Assembly: GCA_964016885.1 (NCBI GenBank)
Contig: OZ024741.1
Location: 86,800,001 to 86,864,000 of the forward strand
Direction of reading: 5' to 3'
Source: Eledone cirrhosa
Lineage: Eukaryota
DNA: 64,000 nucleotides
Under the pieces are notes generated by a model, which saw only the letters and a program-made list of their open reading frames with translations, was not told the origin of the DNA and ran no database searches. The position numbers and the translations under genes are program-made. This document shows, one piece after another, positions 1 through 14,800 of this stretch. Each line of letters opens with the position of its first letter. The first letter of the stretch is position 1.

Positions 1-1090
<1,090 letters not shown>

Positions 1091-1915
1091 CTGGGAAACA
1101 TGACAAATCCTATGGCAAATCTAAATTTATTGTCCACCAAGTACATATTGTATCTTCCAGCAGGCTATCACTATAATTTCTTTTCATTCTACCACTGTTA
1201 GTGTAGGAGCCATCTGATGGCTCCTATAGAACAAGATCACTTGTAGTTCACAGCTGAATACTGACTGGAGGAAAAATCATCTGTGAAATATGTTGGAAAT
1301 CTATCTGAATTCTAGTCTTTTGATTTACAGAGAAAGATATATTTACTTATTTTTTATTCAAGATTTTCTTTAGACACCATCTCATTAAACATGACTGGAA
1401 AAAAGATGTAAAATCTTATCACTGAAATTTAGGACAAAATAATCAAATTTTAATGTAAACCACCATTTTTTAAATAAAAATGTTAATCTATGTTATAATT
1501 GTAATAATTATTACATGTAATTTTTGGATAGTCTAACTTACGTTTTTTTTTAAAATTGATTGACCTCTGAAAAAGATATTTGTAACAAAATCTATACTAT
1601 AATGAAGGGAGGAGTGCGGGACAGCTTACGGTTTATATATTTTAATCCACTTAGTAAAATAAGTTGGATTACTTTGAATGAATAATGAATGGATATTACA
1701 TAATTTATGTACTAAATTTCATAATTCTTGATTAAATATAAATAATTTTATTGTTTATTTAAAATTGACTTCTTTTCAAAGTTTTAAATTTCTAGACTTC
1801 CGGTATATTGCCGCTGCCACCACCACTTCAACTACCATATATATAGAAAGACAGAGTGTGTGATGAGAGAGATACAGATATATTGAGTGATTATATGACA
1901 GATATATATATATAT

Positions 1916-4320
1916 CATCATCATCATCATCATCATCAACGTTTAACGTCCGTGTTCCACGCTTGCATGGGTTTGGACGGGGGTAGTCCCACTTGGGGCA
2001 AGAGTGATTGTCTTGCTCGCATAGGACTGTCTGGCAGGTTTTCTACAGTTGGATGCCCTTCCTAACACCAACCACATTTACAGTGTGGGTCTGGGAGGTT
2101 TTTACCGTGTTGCCTACACGGCCACATTACAGCGTGGACTGTGTGTTTTTTGTCGTGACACCTACACGATCACATTTGTTTCGGCCTGGATGGTGTGGCA
2201 CCAACATAACTTTACATAGAACGGGGTGGTGTGGATGGGGTGGGGGTGGTGGGACGGGTATTTTGTTAGAGATGCATAAAAGGGTGCATATGGGTGCATA
2301 AAAGATGTAGTGGGATCACAGGTAGGCTAACTAAGAACATAGATTTTACATGTGGCCGGTGCTCTGGTGCAATAAGTAGCAGCAAGTGCCCACAAACTAC
2401 TAGCTCTTTCAATTGCGCAGAGGGTTCTATAGAAATAGTGGACAGCTTCCGTTACCTGGGCGATAAAATCAGCAGTGGGGGAGGGTGCTCTGAAAGTACT
2501 GTAGCTAGAGTCAGAACTGGTTGGAAAAAGTTCAGAGAGCTTATACCACTATTAGCTGCTAAAGGGTTCTCACTAAAAATGAAAGGCAGGTTGTACGATG
2601 CCTGCATACGAACAGCAATGCTGCATGGCAGTGAGACCTGGGCATTGTGTGCAGAGGATATACGCAGACTAGAGAGGAACGAAGCTTGCATGCTCCGCTG
2701 GATGTGTAACAGTAATATACGTGAACGGCAAAGCATAAACGAACTAAGGAATAAATTAGAGATAAGAGGGATCAGATGTTGTTTACTCGAGAGAAGGCTA
2801 CGTTGGTATGGACACGTGATGCGCATGAAAGTCGATAGCTGTATAACAAAGTGCAGGGCAATAAAGATAGACGGTAGTCACGGAATAGGCAGACCTAGAA
2901 AAACCTGGGACGAGCTGATAAACTCCGACATCACACACTTACACCTCTCCAAGACAATGTCACTGGACCGAGACCTTTGGCGGTACTCAGTAACAGAGAA
3001 GACCCGCCTTACCTAAATATATAGTAAAACCTACTCCAGCCAGTAGGCATCTCTAACAAATACACCCCGTCCCACCACCCCCACCCGATCCACACCACCC
3101 CGTTCTATGTAAAGTTATGTTGGTGCCGCGCCATCGAGGCCGAAACAAATGAGATCGTGTAGGTGTCACGACAAAAAAACACACAGTCCACGCTGTAATG
3201 TGGCCGTGTAGGCAACACGGTAAAAACCTCCCAGACCCACACTGTAAATGTGGTTGGTGTTAGGAAGGGCATCCAACTGTAGAAAACCTGCCAGACAGTC
3301 CTATGCGAGCAAGACAATCACTCTTGCCTCAAGTGGGACTACCCCCGTCCAAACCCATGCAAGCGTGGAACACGGACGTTAAACGCTGATGATGATGATG
3401 ATGATGATGCCTACTGGCTGTAGTAGGTTTTACTATGTATTTAGGTAAGGCGGGTCTTCTCTGTTACTGAGTACCGCCAAAGGTCTCGGTCCAGTGACAT
3501 TGTCTTAGAGAGGTGTAAGTGTGTGAGGTCGGAGTTTATCAGCTTGTCCCAGGTTTTTCTAGGTCTGCCTATTCCGTGGCTACCGTCTATCTTTATTGCC
3601 CTGCACTTTGTTATACAGCTATCGACTTTCATGCGCATCACGTGTCCATACCAACGTAGCCTTCTCTCGAGTAAACAACATCTGATCCCTCTTATTTCTA
3701 ATTTTTTCCTTAGTTCGTTTATGCTTTGCCGTTCACGTATATTACTGTTACACATCCAGCGGAGCATGTAAGCTTCGTTCCTCTCTAGTCTGCGTATATC
3801 CTCTGCACACAATGCCCAGGTCTCACTGCCATGCAACATTGATGTTCGTAAGTAGGCATCGTACAACCTGCCTTTCATTTTTAGGGAGAACCCTTTAGCA
3901 GCTAATAGTGGTATAAGCTCTCTGAACTTTTTCCAACCAGTTCTGACTCTAGCTACTGTACTTTCAGAGCACCCTCCCCCACTGCTGATTTTATCACCCA
4001 GGTAACGGAAACTGTCCACTATTTCTATAGAACCCTCTACGCAATTGAAAGAGCTAGTATTTTGTGGGCACTTGCTGCTACTTATTGCACCAGAGCACCG
4101 GCCACATGTAAAATCTATGTTCTTAGTTAGCTTACCTGTGATCCCACTACATCTTTTATGCACCCATACTTTGCATTTAGGACATAAAATGGAGTTTCTA
4201 CCTACGCCTTTCCTACACACCGAGCACGACCATTTCCCAGAAGGGACCGCCGCCTTATTTTCTTTCCTACAAACTAGAACTTTAGTCTTAGCCAGGTTAA
4301 TTTTAAGGCCTTTTGATTCT
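1916..4320 (-). mobile_element. 5'-truncated RTE-clade LINE (outer copy) inserted in (TA)n, interrupted by an inverted copy of the same family
   Basis: Minus-strand ORF portion 3441..4320 (GLKINLAKTKV...FRYLG...RLRWYGHVMR). The 3' UTR is split into 3411..3440 and 1916..2275, and the (GAT)n tail reads as (CAT)n at 1916. TA repeats lie on both sides. Confidence 0.9.
2276..3405 (+). mobile_element. 5'-truncated RTE LINE (inner copy) nested in the opposite orientation
   Basis: ORF 2294..3016, 3' UTR and (GAT)n tail. GATGC is duplicated at 2271-2275 and 3406-3410. Confidence 0.9.
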
Positions 4321-6199
4321 ATATATATATAGAGTGAAAGAGATAGATGAAGAGATAAGGATTTTTTTCCTACATGCTGACGCGTATGTGTGTGTATGTG
4401 CACAAACATACATCTATATGTATGAGTATATAACTATAATCGAACAACTTACAAAAATACACCCTCACGGACATACATTCGCACATATACATTTACACAA
4501 ACACACACATACAGTCATGATAACAGCTTTCAATGACTTGGAAATGGGAGAATAAAATAAAGTACAACCTTTTATTTATTTATTAACAACACAGTTTAAC
4601 TCTTTTTTTAAAAACTCATTTCCATAAAAATTTAATATAATGGTTACAGAACGAAACACATATAATATATACAAAGGAAAGAGAAAGGGGGGAAAAATAC
4701 ACAAGCACGAAATACACACACCTTAGACCACATAGAACAATATGCAGATGAAAGGGGTGGACAAACGAGCTGCTACCAGAGTAAAAGATAACAATATAGC
4801 GAGGAGCACTGGGAAACCTCTCTAATAATTCTTTAGGCAAGTCAGCATGCTCGTAACGTTACCTGGGATGATGGCGAGGCTGAGGTGCTGGAACAACCAA
4901 GTGCCCTCAAGAGCATCACCAGTTACCGCTGTATGGTGAACCGCCAGTGAAGATGAGAATAAACAGGAAATCACAGCATCTCATGCAAATGTTTCAGGGT
5001 TCTGGTGGACAAAACGAAGAATGTATTACCCCAGGGGCGGTTGGTGGCAGAAATAGGGCTTGTTCTTGTGGCTGGTCATCTTTATCCTTATCAGAGTGAG
5101 TAGACAGGTGGTATGGAAGCCCAGGACATCAGATATTTCCATCACTATTGATCTGATAAGAAACTTATCAGGGAATGTAAACTTTGTTAGCTTGAGATCT
5201 TCAACCTGTCAGGTGACAAACCCTGGATCTGTCATTGCTCACTAGGTTGCTGTAGGCCATATCCTAGATTAATGGTTTCTCTCCTCAGTTTAATTCTGCA
5301 GTGGGAAAATCAACTGTCCAAATCACACGAAATGATAACATTGAGATTAGCATATCAAGGGAAACAAATGGAATCTCAAAATGTCTACTGTAGAGCCATA
5401 ATGGATTTGTGTTGCTCACAAATTTGGAAAACAAACCTGAAAAGAAACGCCTATTCAGAGACAGTTATTGTCTGACTGGGTACCAGTTGACTGAAGGTAT
5501 GCGGTATCCATCTAAGCACTACTAGGGGACAGGGCTGAGACATGCTGGTCAAACAGGTACATTAGGTTGTCCAAGACTTTATGGTGTCCCATTTATGTTG
5601 GACTAATGGGACTTCTGCAGGATGAAGGCCAAGTTAGGTAATTGTGGTAGGCTCTGCAGTGTTGTGGAGTACATTAAGGGCATGATATGAGGACTAAGGA
5701 GGGAAATGTCAGCAATGCTAATGTAATGAGAGACAGAAGACCAAGGCAGGAAGGGTGACTTACTGCCATCCAGTTTCGATGAAATGGAGGTTGCATATAC
5801 CACACCAGATGGATTTATTTTTAGTTCAGTGAAAAATTGGCTGCAATAAGGTATGCTGTGAAAGGTATACATCAGAATATTGTCAGAGCTGCAATATCAT
5901 AGGCATATATTAGGTATGAGAAATTATTATTAACTCCTACATGAAAAACCACATTAGCAAAACAATGTTGTAAATGCATCACATTAAAAATAGTCTTTAC
6001 TCTAACAGTGCAAATATTTGATCCAAAAGACTGTTATTAACTCAATGTCTCGTACCACAGATGACTACATTAGCAAGACATTCTAGAAAAGTACTAAACA
6101 GCACAATGACTACACCACATAAAAAATTGTTTTTACTCTAATCAAATTTTCACATCATTCTGTCCACTAGTAAAAATCAGAGGTTATAGAAAAATAAAG

Positions 6200-7250
6200 A
6201 GTTGAAGGCACTCTTGTTCCTAAGCAGTAAAGTAGACATGAAAGCATGCCACCTGCAAACATAAAGCTGACACAGAAGAGGATAGAGAATTTCATTCACT
6301 TCCATGTTGGAACTAGTCATGTTGGAAAGGAGATGTTACCTACCAGAGAGGAAAGGAAGAGACAGAGACGAGCATTTACATAGACCTAGGCCCTCAAATC
6401 ATTTGGTCATTGCAGCATGGTCACAGTATTTTGGAGTCTGGCATAGACCACGCATTCACGTTTCCTCAAGATTAGGTTGTCAAAACATTGCAGAGACGAC
6501 GAGAATCCATATGAGTGACTGACTCTGAGCATATACAACTTAGGAATTAATAGGTAATTCCTATTGGGGCTTGATTACCACAATGCTTTTCAGCAATTAC
6601 GGAAGGTTGCCATCTTGAAAGCTAGGTCAGTAATTGGGGCTCCTAGGGAGCACCATACTGATAAGGGAAGGATTCATTGAATAGGTTTATAGTCAGCTGA
6701 TGTGAAACTGAGTAGTTGAAGATTCAGTGCTTGCATTTGGCACTGTTGATATGTAGGCCTCTATGACCAACTTCCTCAATCACTGTCTTTGTAAATACCA
6801 TCAAGATACAAGACATTCAAATCCAATTTAGCCCCTATCTTAGTAACTTCGTTAATGTCCAATGCAAATAGAGCAGGTCCGAGTGGACCGCCTCGTTGGA
6901 CTCCCGAGGTGGAGAGTATGAATTGGTTACCGAAAGAGAGATAGGAGGGCTCCCAATAAGCAAAGAGGTAGGGCTTGGTGGCCCTCTCCATAATTAAGCT
7001 GAAGATGACATCACGACTAATAGAGTGAAATGCCTTCTTGAGATCATGTATGGGGATCTCAGAAAGAAAGTTGGTAAAAAACCCACCTTGGTACCCACTC
7101 CCAGCTGAATAGGGGAAAATTCTGTAGACAGGTGGTCTGAGACCGATGTCAAAGACACTTATGTTATGAACTGTATCAGAGTATTTCCAAATGCAATGGG
7201 AGCGAAGGTCGCCATTGAGTTTTACAAAGCTGAACCAGCGACCAATATAA
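6200..7250 (-). mobile_element. Decayed CRE-like non-LTR retrotransposon RT remnant
   Basis: Minus-strand motifs PIQLGVG (~7085-7115) and GVQRGGPLGPALF...YLDG (ORF 6776..6991). Boundaries are approximate. Paralog at ~30220..31270. Confidence 0.55.
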
Positions 7251-7571
7251 ACTGAAACTAAAACAAAAATAATTATTTTAAATTTTCAGAAAGCGAAACA
7301 ACTAATATTTTCAAATATATATATTTTTTCTTGAATTTTAAAAAGTTTCTTTCTTTCATTTTTTTCCTGTAATCAAAAACTGATTAGGATTACGATATTT
7401 ACAGATGAGTACATTTTTGATATAAATATGCTTGCATGTGCAATGAAATAAAAAAAAAAGAAGATTGTTCGTTTCGGTTATTCAAGGCAGCCAATATATT
7501 TTTTTAACATTCACCATTATTGTTAGTTATATTTTCAATCTCGTTAGTTTTAAAAGTTCTACCTAAATATT

Positions 7572-7757
7572 ATTGGCAGTATCGTTGGAGGGTCAGACGC
7601 CATGCTCTGCAGCATAGAGTTACGCCCCTTTACGGTCTGAGTTCAAATCCCACCCAAGTTAACTTTACCTTTCATCCTTACCAGGTCGATAAAATATATC
7701 ACCAGTAATGCACTGAGATAATTGCTGGCCTTGTGCCAAAAGTAGAAACAATTATTA
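7572..7757 (+). mobile_element. tRNA-derived SINE (family 1)
   Basis: A-box-like TGGCAGTATCG, B-box GAGTTCAAATCC, core CCTTTCATCCTTAC..GGTCGATAAAAT and tail GGCCTTGTGCCAAAAGTAGAAAC(ATT)n. Many copies occur in the window. Confidence 0.8.
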
Positions 7758-8861
7758 ATATTTGTAATAAAAGAAAATTTTGGAAGGGAGGGACGGTTTG
7801 AAATACCGGAAGTATCATTGATTATTTGGGAACAACAATCTACCTCGAATCATTAGAGAGTGTGATACCTGAGACCTAACAAACCAAATAACATTTACAA
7901 ATGTTATTGTTGTTTAGTCTCGGCTCAAATTTGATTCCAAATTAAATGACATTATGGAAATTGAATTATGCTAAATGACAACAGGACACAGAGGACTTCG
8001 ATCGCAAAAGAAACAGGGGAAGCCCAAAGAACAAGAATGAGATAGATGTATGTAACAAAAATTTGAGATCGGAAAGATAACCTAAATTTCTAAAACTAAA
8101 TAATATAAGTAGTATTAAGTATTTAGCCTTCATTGTTGAGTTCACTGAGATGTAAGTAAATATTTCTAATATTTAATTTCTGACGTAAAAGTGTTTTTCC
8201 AAGAGAGAGAGTTAATGAAACTGATGATAAATAATAAAAAAAAAAAAGGCTGCAAATAACGAAGCTATTTATTATTATTTCAAGTCTAAGTACGTAACAG
8301 CGTATAAATATTAATTAAATACAATACGTGGTTTCGTATATTATTTTTTATTCACATAAGTTTACTTTCTGTTTGTAAGAGCTAAGTATCTTGGTTATAG
8401 ACATAATTGATATGTTCGTGACAATTAACTGAACAGTCTTCAGGTATATGTGATAGTTTTGACAAATATACTTTACATTAAACCTTAGCCTAAATTTTAA
8501 TGTAATATGTAGCGACACTTTCTCTAGTGGTAACCTAGTGAATTCGGTGACAGACATAAGTTTCGTTCCTTGAGAAGCTGAAGATCACAAGCTGTTGAAG
8601 TATCGACAGATTTGCCGTTGAATCTGTAGCCGTGGACACTTTCGGCATCCTTTGTCACAGTACGACACCCTTACTCACTGCTATAGGAGGGGTAGGGGAA
8701 TTGGTCAGCCACATGAGTGAGCACTGTAAGCTGGAATGGCTATCTTCAGGGATTTTCTCCATTCTGTCCGCTGGGACCACGAGGCGGCTTGCGTCAGGAT
8801 TTCTGTATACCAGAGTACATTCTCCCACATTATCTAGGTTCGTATTATTAGTGTAGCGAAA

Positions 8862-9048
8862 GGGCGGTGGATTGGCTGTATCGGTAGAAGGTCGGACGTC
8901 ATGTTTTGCAGCAGAGTTACGCCCCTTTACGGTCTGAGTTGATTCCTGCCGAGGTTAACTTTGCTTTCATCTTTACGGGGTCGATAAAATAAATACCAGT
9001 AATCCAGTGAAATAATTGCTGGCCTTGTGCCAAAAGTAGAAACAGTTA
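8862..9048 (+). mobile_element. tRNA-derived SINE (family 1)
   Basis: Same head, core and tail as 7572..7757. Its tail is the insertion site of the adjacent DNA transposon. Confidence 0.8.
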
Positions 9049-10758
9049 CACTGTGTAACATATTTTTTGTTCCCCGGTTCTAAGTGTCTCTATCCCATTA
9101 TTATTAAAAAAAACACTATTATTTAATCAGAAGTTTGGGTTTGTGGTCAGGAGTTTGATATTTCGAAATTTTCATATTTTTCAAGAAAAAACACATTTAA
9201 AAAAAATTTATCAGTTCATATAATTAAATCAACAGAGTATATATTTATTTTATTACACAAGCTTATCAAAAGCAAACAAGTAAAAACAAATAACACTTAT
9301 AAAGCAACTTATACAAGTCAGAAATGACTGGATTACTTGGATTTGCGGTTGTAGTCCAGGTCGCATTCCTGCACTAGCCCGCAGATATAGTCCCCCATCA
9401 ACTTTTTCATTGTAGTGGCCCTGGTACCTCCGCTCTATCTCTTTCACATCTTGGTGGAATCGTTCGCCTTGTTCTTCTGAGTAGGCGCCCTTATTGTCCT
9501 TGAATTTTTCCAGGTGAGCGTCCAGCATATGGAGTTTAAGCGACATCCTGCATCCCGTGGCGCCAAAAGCCTTTATCAGATCCTACACCAGTTGCTGGTA
9601 GTTTTCCGCTCTGTAGTTGCACAGGAAGCCCTTAACAACTGCCTTGAAACAGTTCCATGCTGTTCTCTCAATCCTATTGAGCTTATTGGAGAACTCGGTA
9701 GACTCAAACACCTTCTTTATCTGAGGTCCAACAAAAATTCCACCTTTGATTTTGGCCTCAGATAACTTGGGGAAGAACTCAAGAAGGTACTTAAAAGCGG
9801 CTGATTCTTGGTTGAGAGCCTTCACAAACTGCTTCATCAACCCCAACTTAATGTGCATGGCGGCATGAGCACAATCCTGGGATCAACCAGTGGCTCCCAC
9901 ATGACGTTCCGGGTCCCAACAACAAATTCTGTTCGCTGCTCCCAGTTCTTTCTTTTGTAGTGGTCAGAGGTGGCTCTGCTGTCCCAAAGGGAGAGGAAGC
10001 ATTGGGATTTGATAAAGCCGCCTTGGAGTCCAAGCAGGAAAGCCACCATCTTGAAGTCTCCAATGATTTCCCAATTGTACTGGTTGTATTGCAGAGCTTC
10101 CAAGAGGACTTTCACACTGTAGTAATCTTCCTTCGGGCAGACTGAATGAGCTAGGGGCAGTGTCGGGAACTTGTTTCCATTGTGGAGGAGGACAGCCTTC
10201 AAACTTGTGGTGGAGCTGTCTATAAATAGCCGCCACTCCTTGGGCACAAACTGCACCCAATAACGTCAAACAGTCCAGGCACGTCATGGCAGAAGCAGAG
10301 GCCACCCCTAAGAGTGTAAAAGACTGAGAAAGGTTTGTGTCGACTTCTCTGATTTGTCACCTGTACTTCCTCCTTGACCAAGTTCCACTGCTTCATCCTG
10401 GAGATGAATGCTTAAAACACAACTTAACCTTTATTCAGGGTGCGAAAATCGAGTATCAATAAATCTCTTTAATCCCCTTTTTAACAATTTTATAATTTTC
10501 TTTAGGTATTACTCTTTATTTTATAATTTTAATTTAACCTGAAACATATATAAAAAAATCATTTAACGTAAGCAAATTAAACTTACATACAACGTAAAAT
10601 CCAGCATACAAATAATTCTAGTGAATAGCTTAGAATTTTTACAAACCCAAACTTTTAACTGTTTAATATAGCACTTTTTTATTTATTTGGAACCTAAGCA
10701 ACACAAAAAAGTGATTACAAGTCAGGAACAGAGAAAAAAGTTTTTTTTTGTTACAGTG
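9049..10758 (-). mobile_element. Chapaev3-like (CMC) DNA transposon, internally deleted and frameshifted
   Basis: Termini CACTG...CAGTG with TTA TSD (9046-48 and 10759-61). Transposase fragments WRLFIDSS, GDFKMVAFLLGLQGG, HIKLGLMKQFVKAL and SEEQGERFHQD lie in three frames. Absent from unit 2 at ~38490. Confidence 0.8.
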
Positions 10759-11029
10759 TTATTAGGTTACGGTAGATGTATAAGATGTATAGAACTGATG
10801 TAAGGGACGTAATTTGAAAGAAAAATTTTTTTTTTTCGAAAAGTATACACACACATATCTATATGTTCTTTCATTACACTCGCTCATTTCGAAAACTCAT
10901 TTTTTTTTCTCAAAAAGTGCATAATATAAATATGTTCTTTCATTACGCTCACTCATTTCGAAAAAACCTTGTGTTTTTTCAAACTACGTCCCTACATCGG
11001 TTCGTTGTAATCAGAAATCCAGCAGGAAA

Positions 11030-11160
11030 AAAATACTTCACTCACCATATTCTCCAAAACTTGCTCCTTCTGATTATCATTTGTTTAAGAATTTACATAA
11101 TCATTTTGATAGACTGAAATTAACACGAAGAGAGGAGGGTGAAAATTAGTCCTCTAATGA
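11030..11160 (+). mobile_element. mariner transposase remnant
   Basis: Encodes HSPYSPKLAPSDYHLF, matching the mariner YSPDLAPxDY motif. Paralog at ~38725..38850. Confidence 0.6.
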
Positions 11161-11429
11161 ATATGGTTATTGAAAACAATGGAGACTATGATTAAATGCA
11201 ATCCTAAATACCACTATTTTGATCTTCAAAATACATGTTAAAATCTGACAGAACTTTTATTCAAACCAAGTATATATAATGTTATAGAAGCTGCAAGTGT
11301 AGCTATAGTCTGCAAATATACAAACTTCAGTCATGAATGTATGATATAAAGTTGAGTTATTCAGGTAATGGTTTATATCTACATTTTATTAATATGGAAA
11401 TATAATAAAATTTTAACTATTTAATCTCT

Positions 11430-11496
11430 ATCTTTTAACTACCCCTTATTTCTTTCTTTTCCTTTTTAACTACCCCCTATTTCTTTCTTTTCTTAG
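11430..11496 (+). promoter_or_regulatory. Putative 3' splice acceptor upstream of ZNF-B1
   Basis: Duplicated TTTTAACTACCCC-polypyrimidine tract ending TCTTAG, about 390 nt before the ATG. Conserved at 39130..39196. Confidence 0.5.
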
Positions 11497-11888
11497 AATA
11501 TCAGATGACATTGCTAGAATATTTTCCAGTAGACCTTCATCAATATTTATCGTCTTTTAAGGATCAAAAGAAGATGTATTGTTTATATAAATTGCTGGTC
11601 GTATTACTATAAAGTACTTGTTTGGAACCAACATTAATAGCACATTGCTCTACTTCACAGTCTTCAATGTGTATCAGATGATTTGCCATTCTTGAAAAAA
11701 AATTCAATGGAGTTTGCAACATCTTCAGATATTGATAAACATCATAGTTGATGTATCAGTAAAAATAATTGTAAAGAATGAAATATAAATAAAAAAAGAC
11801 GAAAATTATCCATGTATTGAGTTGAGAAAAATGATGGTAAAATTAATTACATAAGAAACTTAAAGGATGGATTTTTTTTCCTGAAAAA

Positions 11889-13853
11889 ATGGCAAAAGAA
11901 ATAAAAAAACCTCAATACCACTGTGATATTTGCAAAAAATCATTATCTCGGAAAGATACACTCATTCATCAATGCATCCATAATCGAGAGAAGCCATATC
12001 ATTGTGATATATGTGGTAAATCATTTTCTATATCTAGTAACGTAACTAAACACAAACGGACTCATACAGGAGAAAAACGATATCACTGTGAGATCTGTGG
12101 TAAATCCTTCTCTGAAAATTGTGACCTGACTAAACATAAACGGATTCATACAGGAGAGAAGCCCTTTCACTGTGATATTTGTGGTAAATCATTCTCTCAA
12201 AAAGATAGCGTAAATGGTCACAAACGGATTCATACAGGTGAGAAGCCCTTTCACTGTGATATTTGTGGTAAATCATTCTCTTCAAAATCTAACTTAACTG
12301 TTCACAAACGGAGTCATACAGGAGAGAAGCCATATCATTGTGATATCTGTGGTAAATCATTCTCTGAAAGTGGTGTCTTAATTAAACACAGACGTATTCA
12401 TACAGGAGAGAAACCATATCGCTGTGATATCTGTGGTAAATCATTCTCTGAAAATGGTGTCTTAATGAAACACAGACGTATTCATACAGGGGAGAAACCA
12501 TATCACTGTGATATCTGTGATAAATCATTCTCTCAACATTATCACTTAGCTAGACATAAATACATTCATACAGGAGAAAAACCATATCACTGTGATATCT
12601 GTGGTAAATCCTTCTCTGAAAATAGTGACCTGACTAAACATAAACGGATTCATACAGGAGAGAAGCCCTTTCACTGTGATATTTGTGGTAAATCATTCTC
12701 TTCAAAATCTAACTTAACTGTTCACAAACGGAGTCATACAGGAGAGAAGCCATATCATTGTGATATCTGTGGTAAATCATTCTCTGAAAGTGGTGTCTTA
12801 ATTAAACATAGACGTATTCATACAAGAGAGAAGCCATATCATTGTGATATCTGTGGTAAATCATTCTCTGAAAGTGGTGTCTTAATTAAACACATACAAA
12901 TTCATACAGGGAAGAAATCATATCAATGTGATATCTGTGATGAATCATTCTCTCAACATAATTACTTAGCTAGACATAAATACATTCATACAGGAGAAAA
13001 ACCATATCACTGTGATATCTGTGGTAAATCCTTTTCTGGAAATAGTGACCTGACTAACCATAAACGTATTCATACCGGAGAAAAACCATATCACTGTGAT
13101 ATCTGTGGTAAATCATTTTCTGCAACTTATAACTTAACTAAACACAGACGGACTCATACGGGAGAAAAACCATATCACTGTGATATCTGTGGTAAATCAT
13201 TTTCTGCAACTGATAACTTAACTAAACACAGACGAACTCATACGGGAGAAAAACCATATCACTGTGATATCTGTGGTAAATCATTTTCTGTATCTTGTAG
13301 CTTAACTAATCACAAACGGACTCATACAGGAGAAAAACCATATCACTGTGATATCTGTGGTAAATCATTTTCTCTATCTTGTAGCTTAACTAAACACAAA
13401 CGGACTCATACAGGAGAAAAACCATATCACTGTGATATCTGTGGTAAATCATTTTCTCTATCTGGTAACTTAACTAAACACAAACAGACTCATACAGGAG
13501 AAAATCCATATCACTGTGATATCTGTGGTAAATCATTTTCTCTATCTGGTAACTTAACTAATCACAAACGGACTCATACAGGAGAAAAACCATATCACTG
13601 TGATATCTGTGGCAAATCATTTTCTGTATCTTCTGACTTAACTAAACACAAACGGACACATACAGGAGAAAAACCATATCACTGTGATATCTGTGGTAAA
13701 TCATTCTCTTGTTCTAGTCACTTAGTAATTCACAAACGAACTCATACAGGAGAGAAACCATATCATTGTGTCATCTGTGATAAATTTTTCTCCAGTCGTG
13801 ATTATTTATCTAAACACAAATGTATTCATATTGGAAAAAAACAATTTCACTGA
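11889..13853 (+). CDS. C2H2 zinc-finger protein, 23 fingers (ZNF-B1)
   Basis: Uninterrupted 654-aa ORF of tandem C2H2 fingers with TGEKPY linkers. No KRAB-like or other effector domain is visible. Confidence 0.92.
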   Translation: MAKEIKKPQYHCDICKKSLSRKDTLIHQCIHNREKPYHCDICGKSFSISSNVTKHKRTHTGEKRYHCEICGKSFSENCDLTKHKRIHTGEKPFHCDICGKSFSQKDSVNGHKRIHTGEKPFHCDICGKSFSSKSNLTVHKRSHTGEKPYHCDICGKSFSESGVLIKHRRIHTGEKPYRCDICGKSFSENGVLMKHRRIHTGEKPYHCDICDKSFSQHYHLARHKYIHTGEKPYHCDICGKSFSENSDLTKHKRIHTGEKPFHCDICGKSFSSKSNLTVHKRSHTGEKPYHCDICGKSFSESGVLIKHRRIHTREKPYHCDICGKSFSESGVLIKHIQIHTGKKSYQCDICDESFSQHNYLARHKYIHTGEKPYHCDICGKSFSGNSDLTNHKRIHTGEKPYHCDICGKSFSATYNLTKHRRTHTGEKPYHCDICGKSFSATDNLTKHRRTHTGEKPYHCDICGKSFSVSCSLTNHKRTHTGEKPYHCDICGKSFSLSCSLTKHKRTHTGEKPYHCDICGKSFSLSGNLTKHKQTHTGENPYHCDICGKSFSLSGNLTNHKRTHTGEKPYHCDICGKSFSVSSDLTKHKRTHTGEKPYHCDICGKSFSCSSHLVIHKRTHTGEKPYHCVICDKFFSSRDYLSKHKCIHIGKKQFH

Positions 13854-14526
13854 TATCTGTCGTCAATCACTTTCTTATACAAGTAACTTAACTAAACACC
13901 AGTACATTCATACAGATTAAAGTCATATAACTGATATCTGTGGTAAATCATTTTCTCAAAACCTTTTCTTTACCTATACAGGAGAGTAATTCTGTAGTGA
14001 AATTGTACACTAGGTAGTCATTAATTTTGGACCAACTGACCAGGAACAGTGGGAGATCTTTGGTTTGTGCTGCCAGCTTGTGTTCTCTCAGCTGATCACA
14101 GACTTTGAAATGTAATGTACCTTGATTACATAGGAAATGAAATATATAAACCACAATAACACAAAGCTGCTATGCTAATAATTTATTTAATATAACTATT
14201 GCCAAAGTTATATGACAATACATGAAGAACAAATAACCACAGATGAAATGTGTGATGTTATGTATCAGGATGATGTGTATGCGTGTTTGCTTGGAAAGTT
14301 ATTATTAAAAATGTATTTATCAAACTTCTGTTGATGGGATGAATTTTGTTGGCTTGGCCGAGAGAGAAAGAGAAGATAAGACCCACAGGGTCTGTGTAAA
14401 GCCGTGGACTACATGTTAACTGTGAGAATTCAACTCTGTGACTGACCTGCCTGACTCTGGGAATAGGCTATTTATGAATATACCTTCCTTTGTCTCTGGG
14501 ACCTGAGAACAATCCGATGGCCATTT

Positions 14527-14800
14527 GCTGAGGCAGTTATGAAAGGCTATCAAGACCAAACACCCAGGAAAACTAATGAAAGCAGTCTTGTTTCCTCAGG
14601 ACAATGCTCCAGCATACAAGTCCTTGATTTCAAAGGCTACACTGTACATGACTGGCTTTGAACTGGTTGATTACCTTCCCTATTCTCTTGATTTGGCCCC
14701 ATTTAACTATCATTATTCCCCAACATGAAAAAACACTTGGCTGGGAACCAGTATCACATTGATGATGATATCATATCTGTTGTTGACGTATTTTTTTACC
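14527..14800 (+). mobile_element. mariner remnant (internal fragment)
   Basis: QDNAPAYKS and PYSLDLAP motifs. A longer paralog lies at 44973..45658. Confidence 0.7.

Noticed and set aside
4616-6522. Short ORFs conserved between the two units
   Set aside because: Conservation is explained by the recent duplication, and no domain is recognisable.
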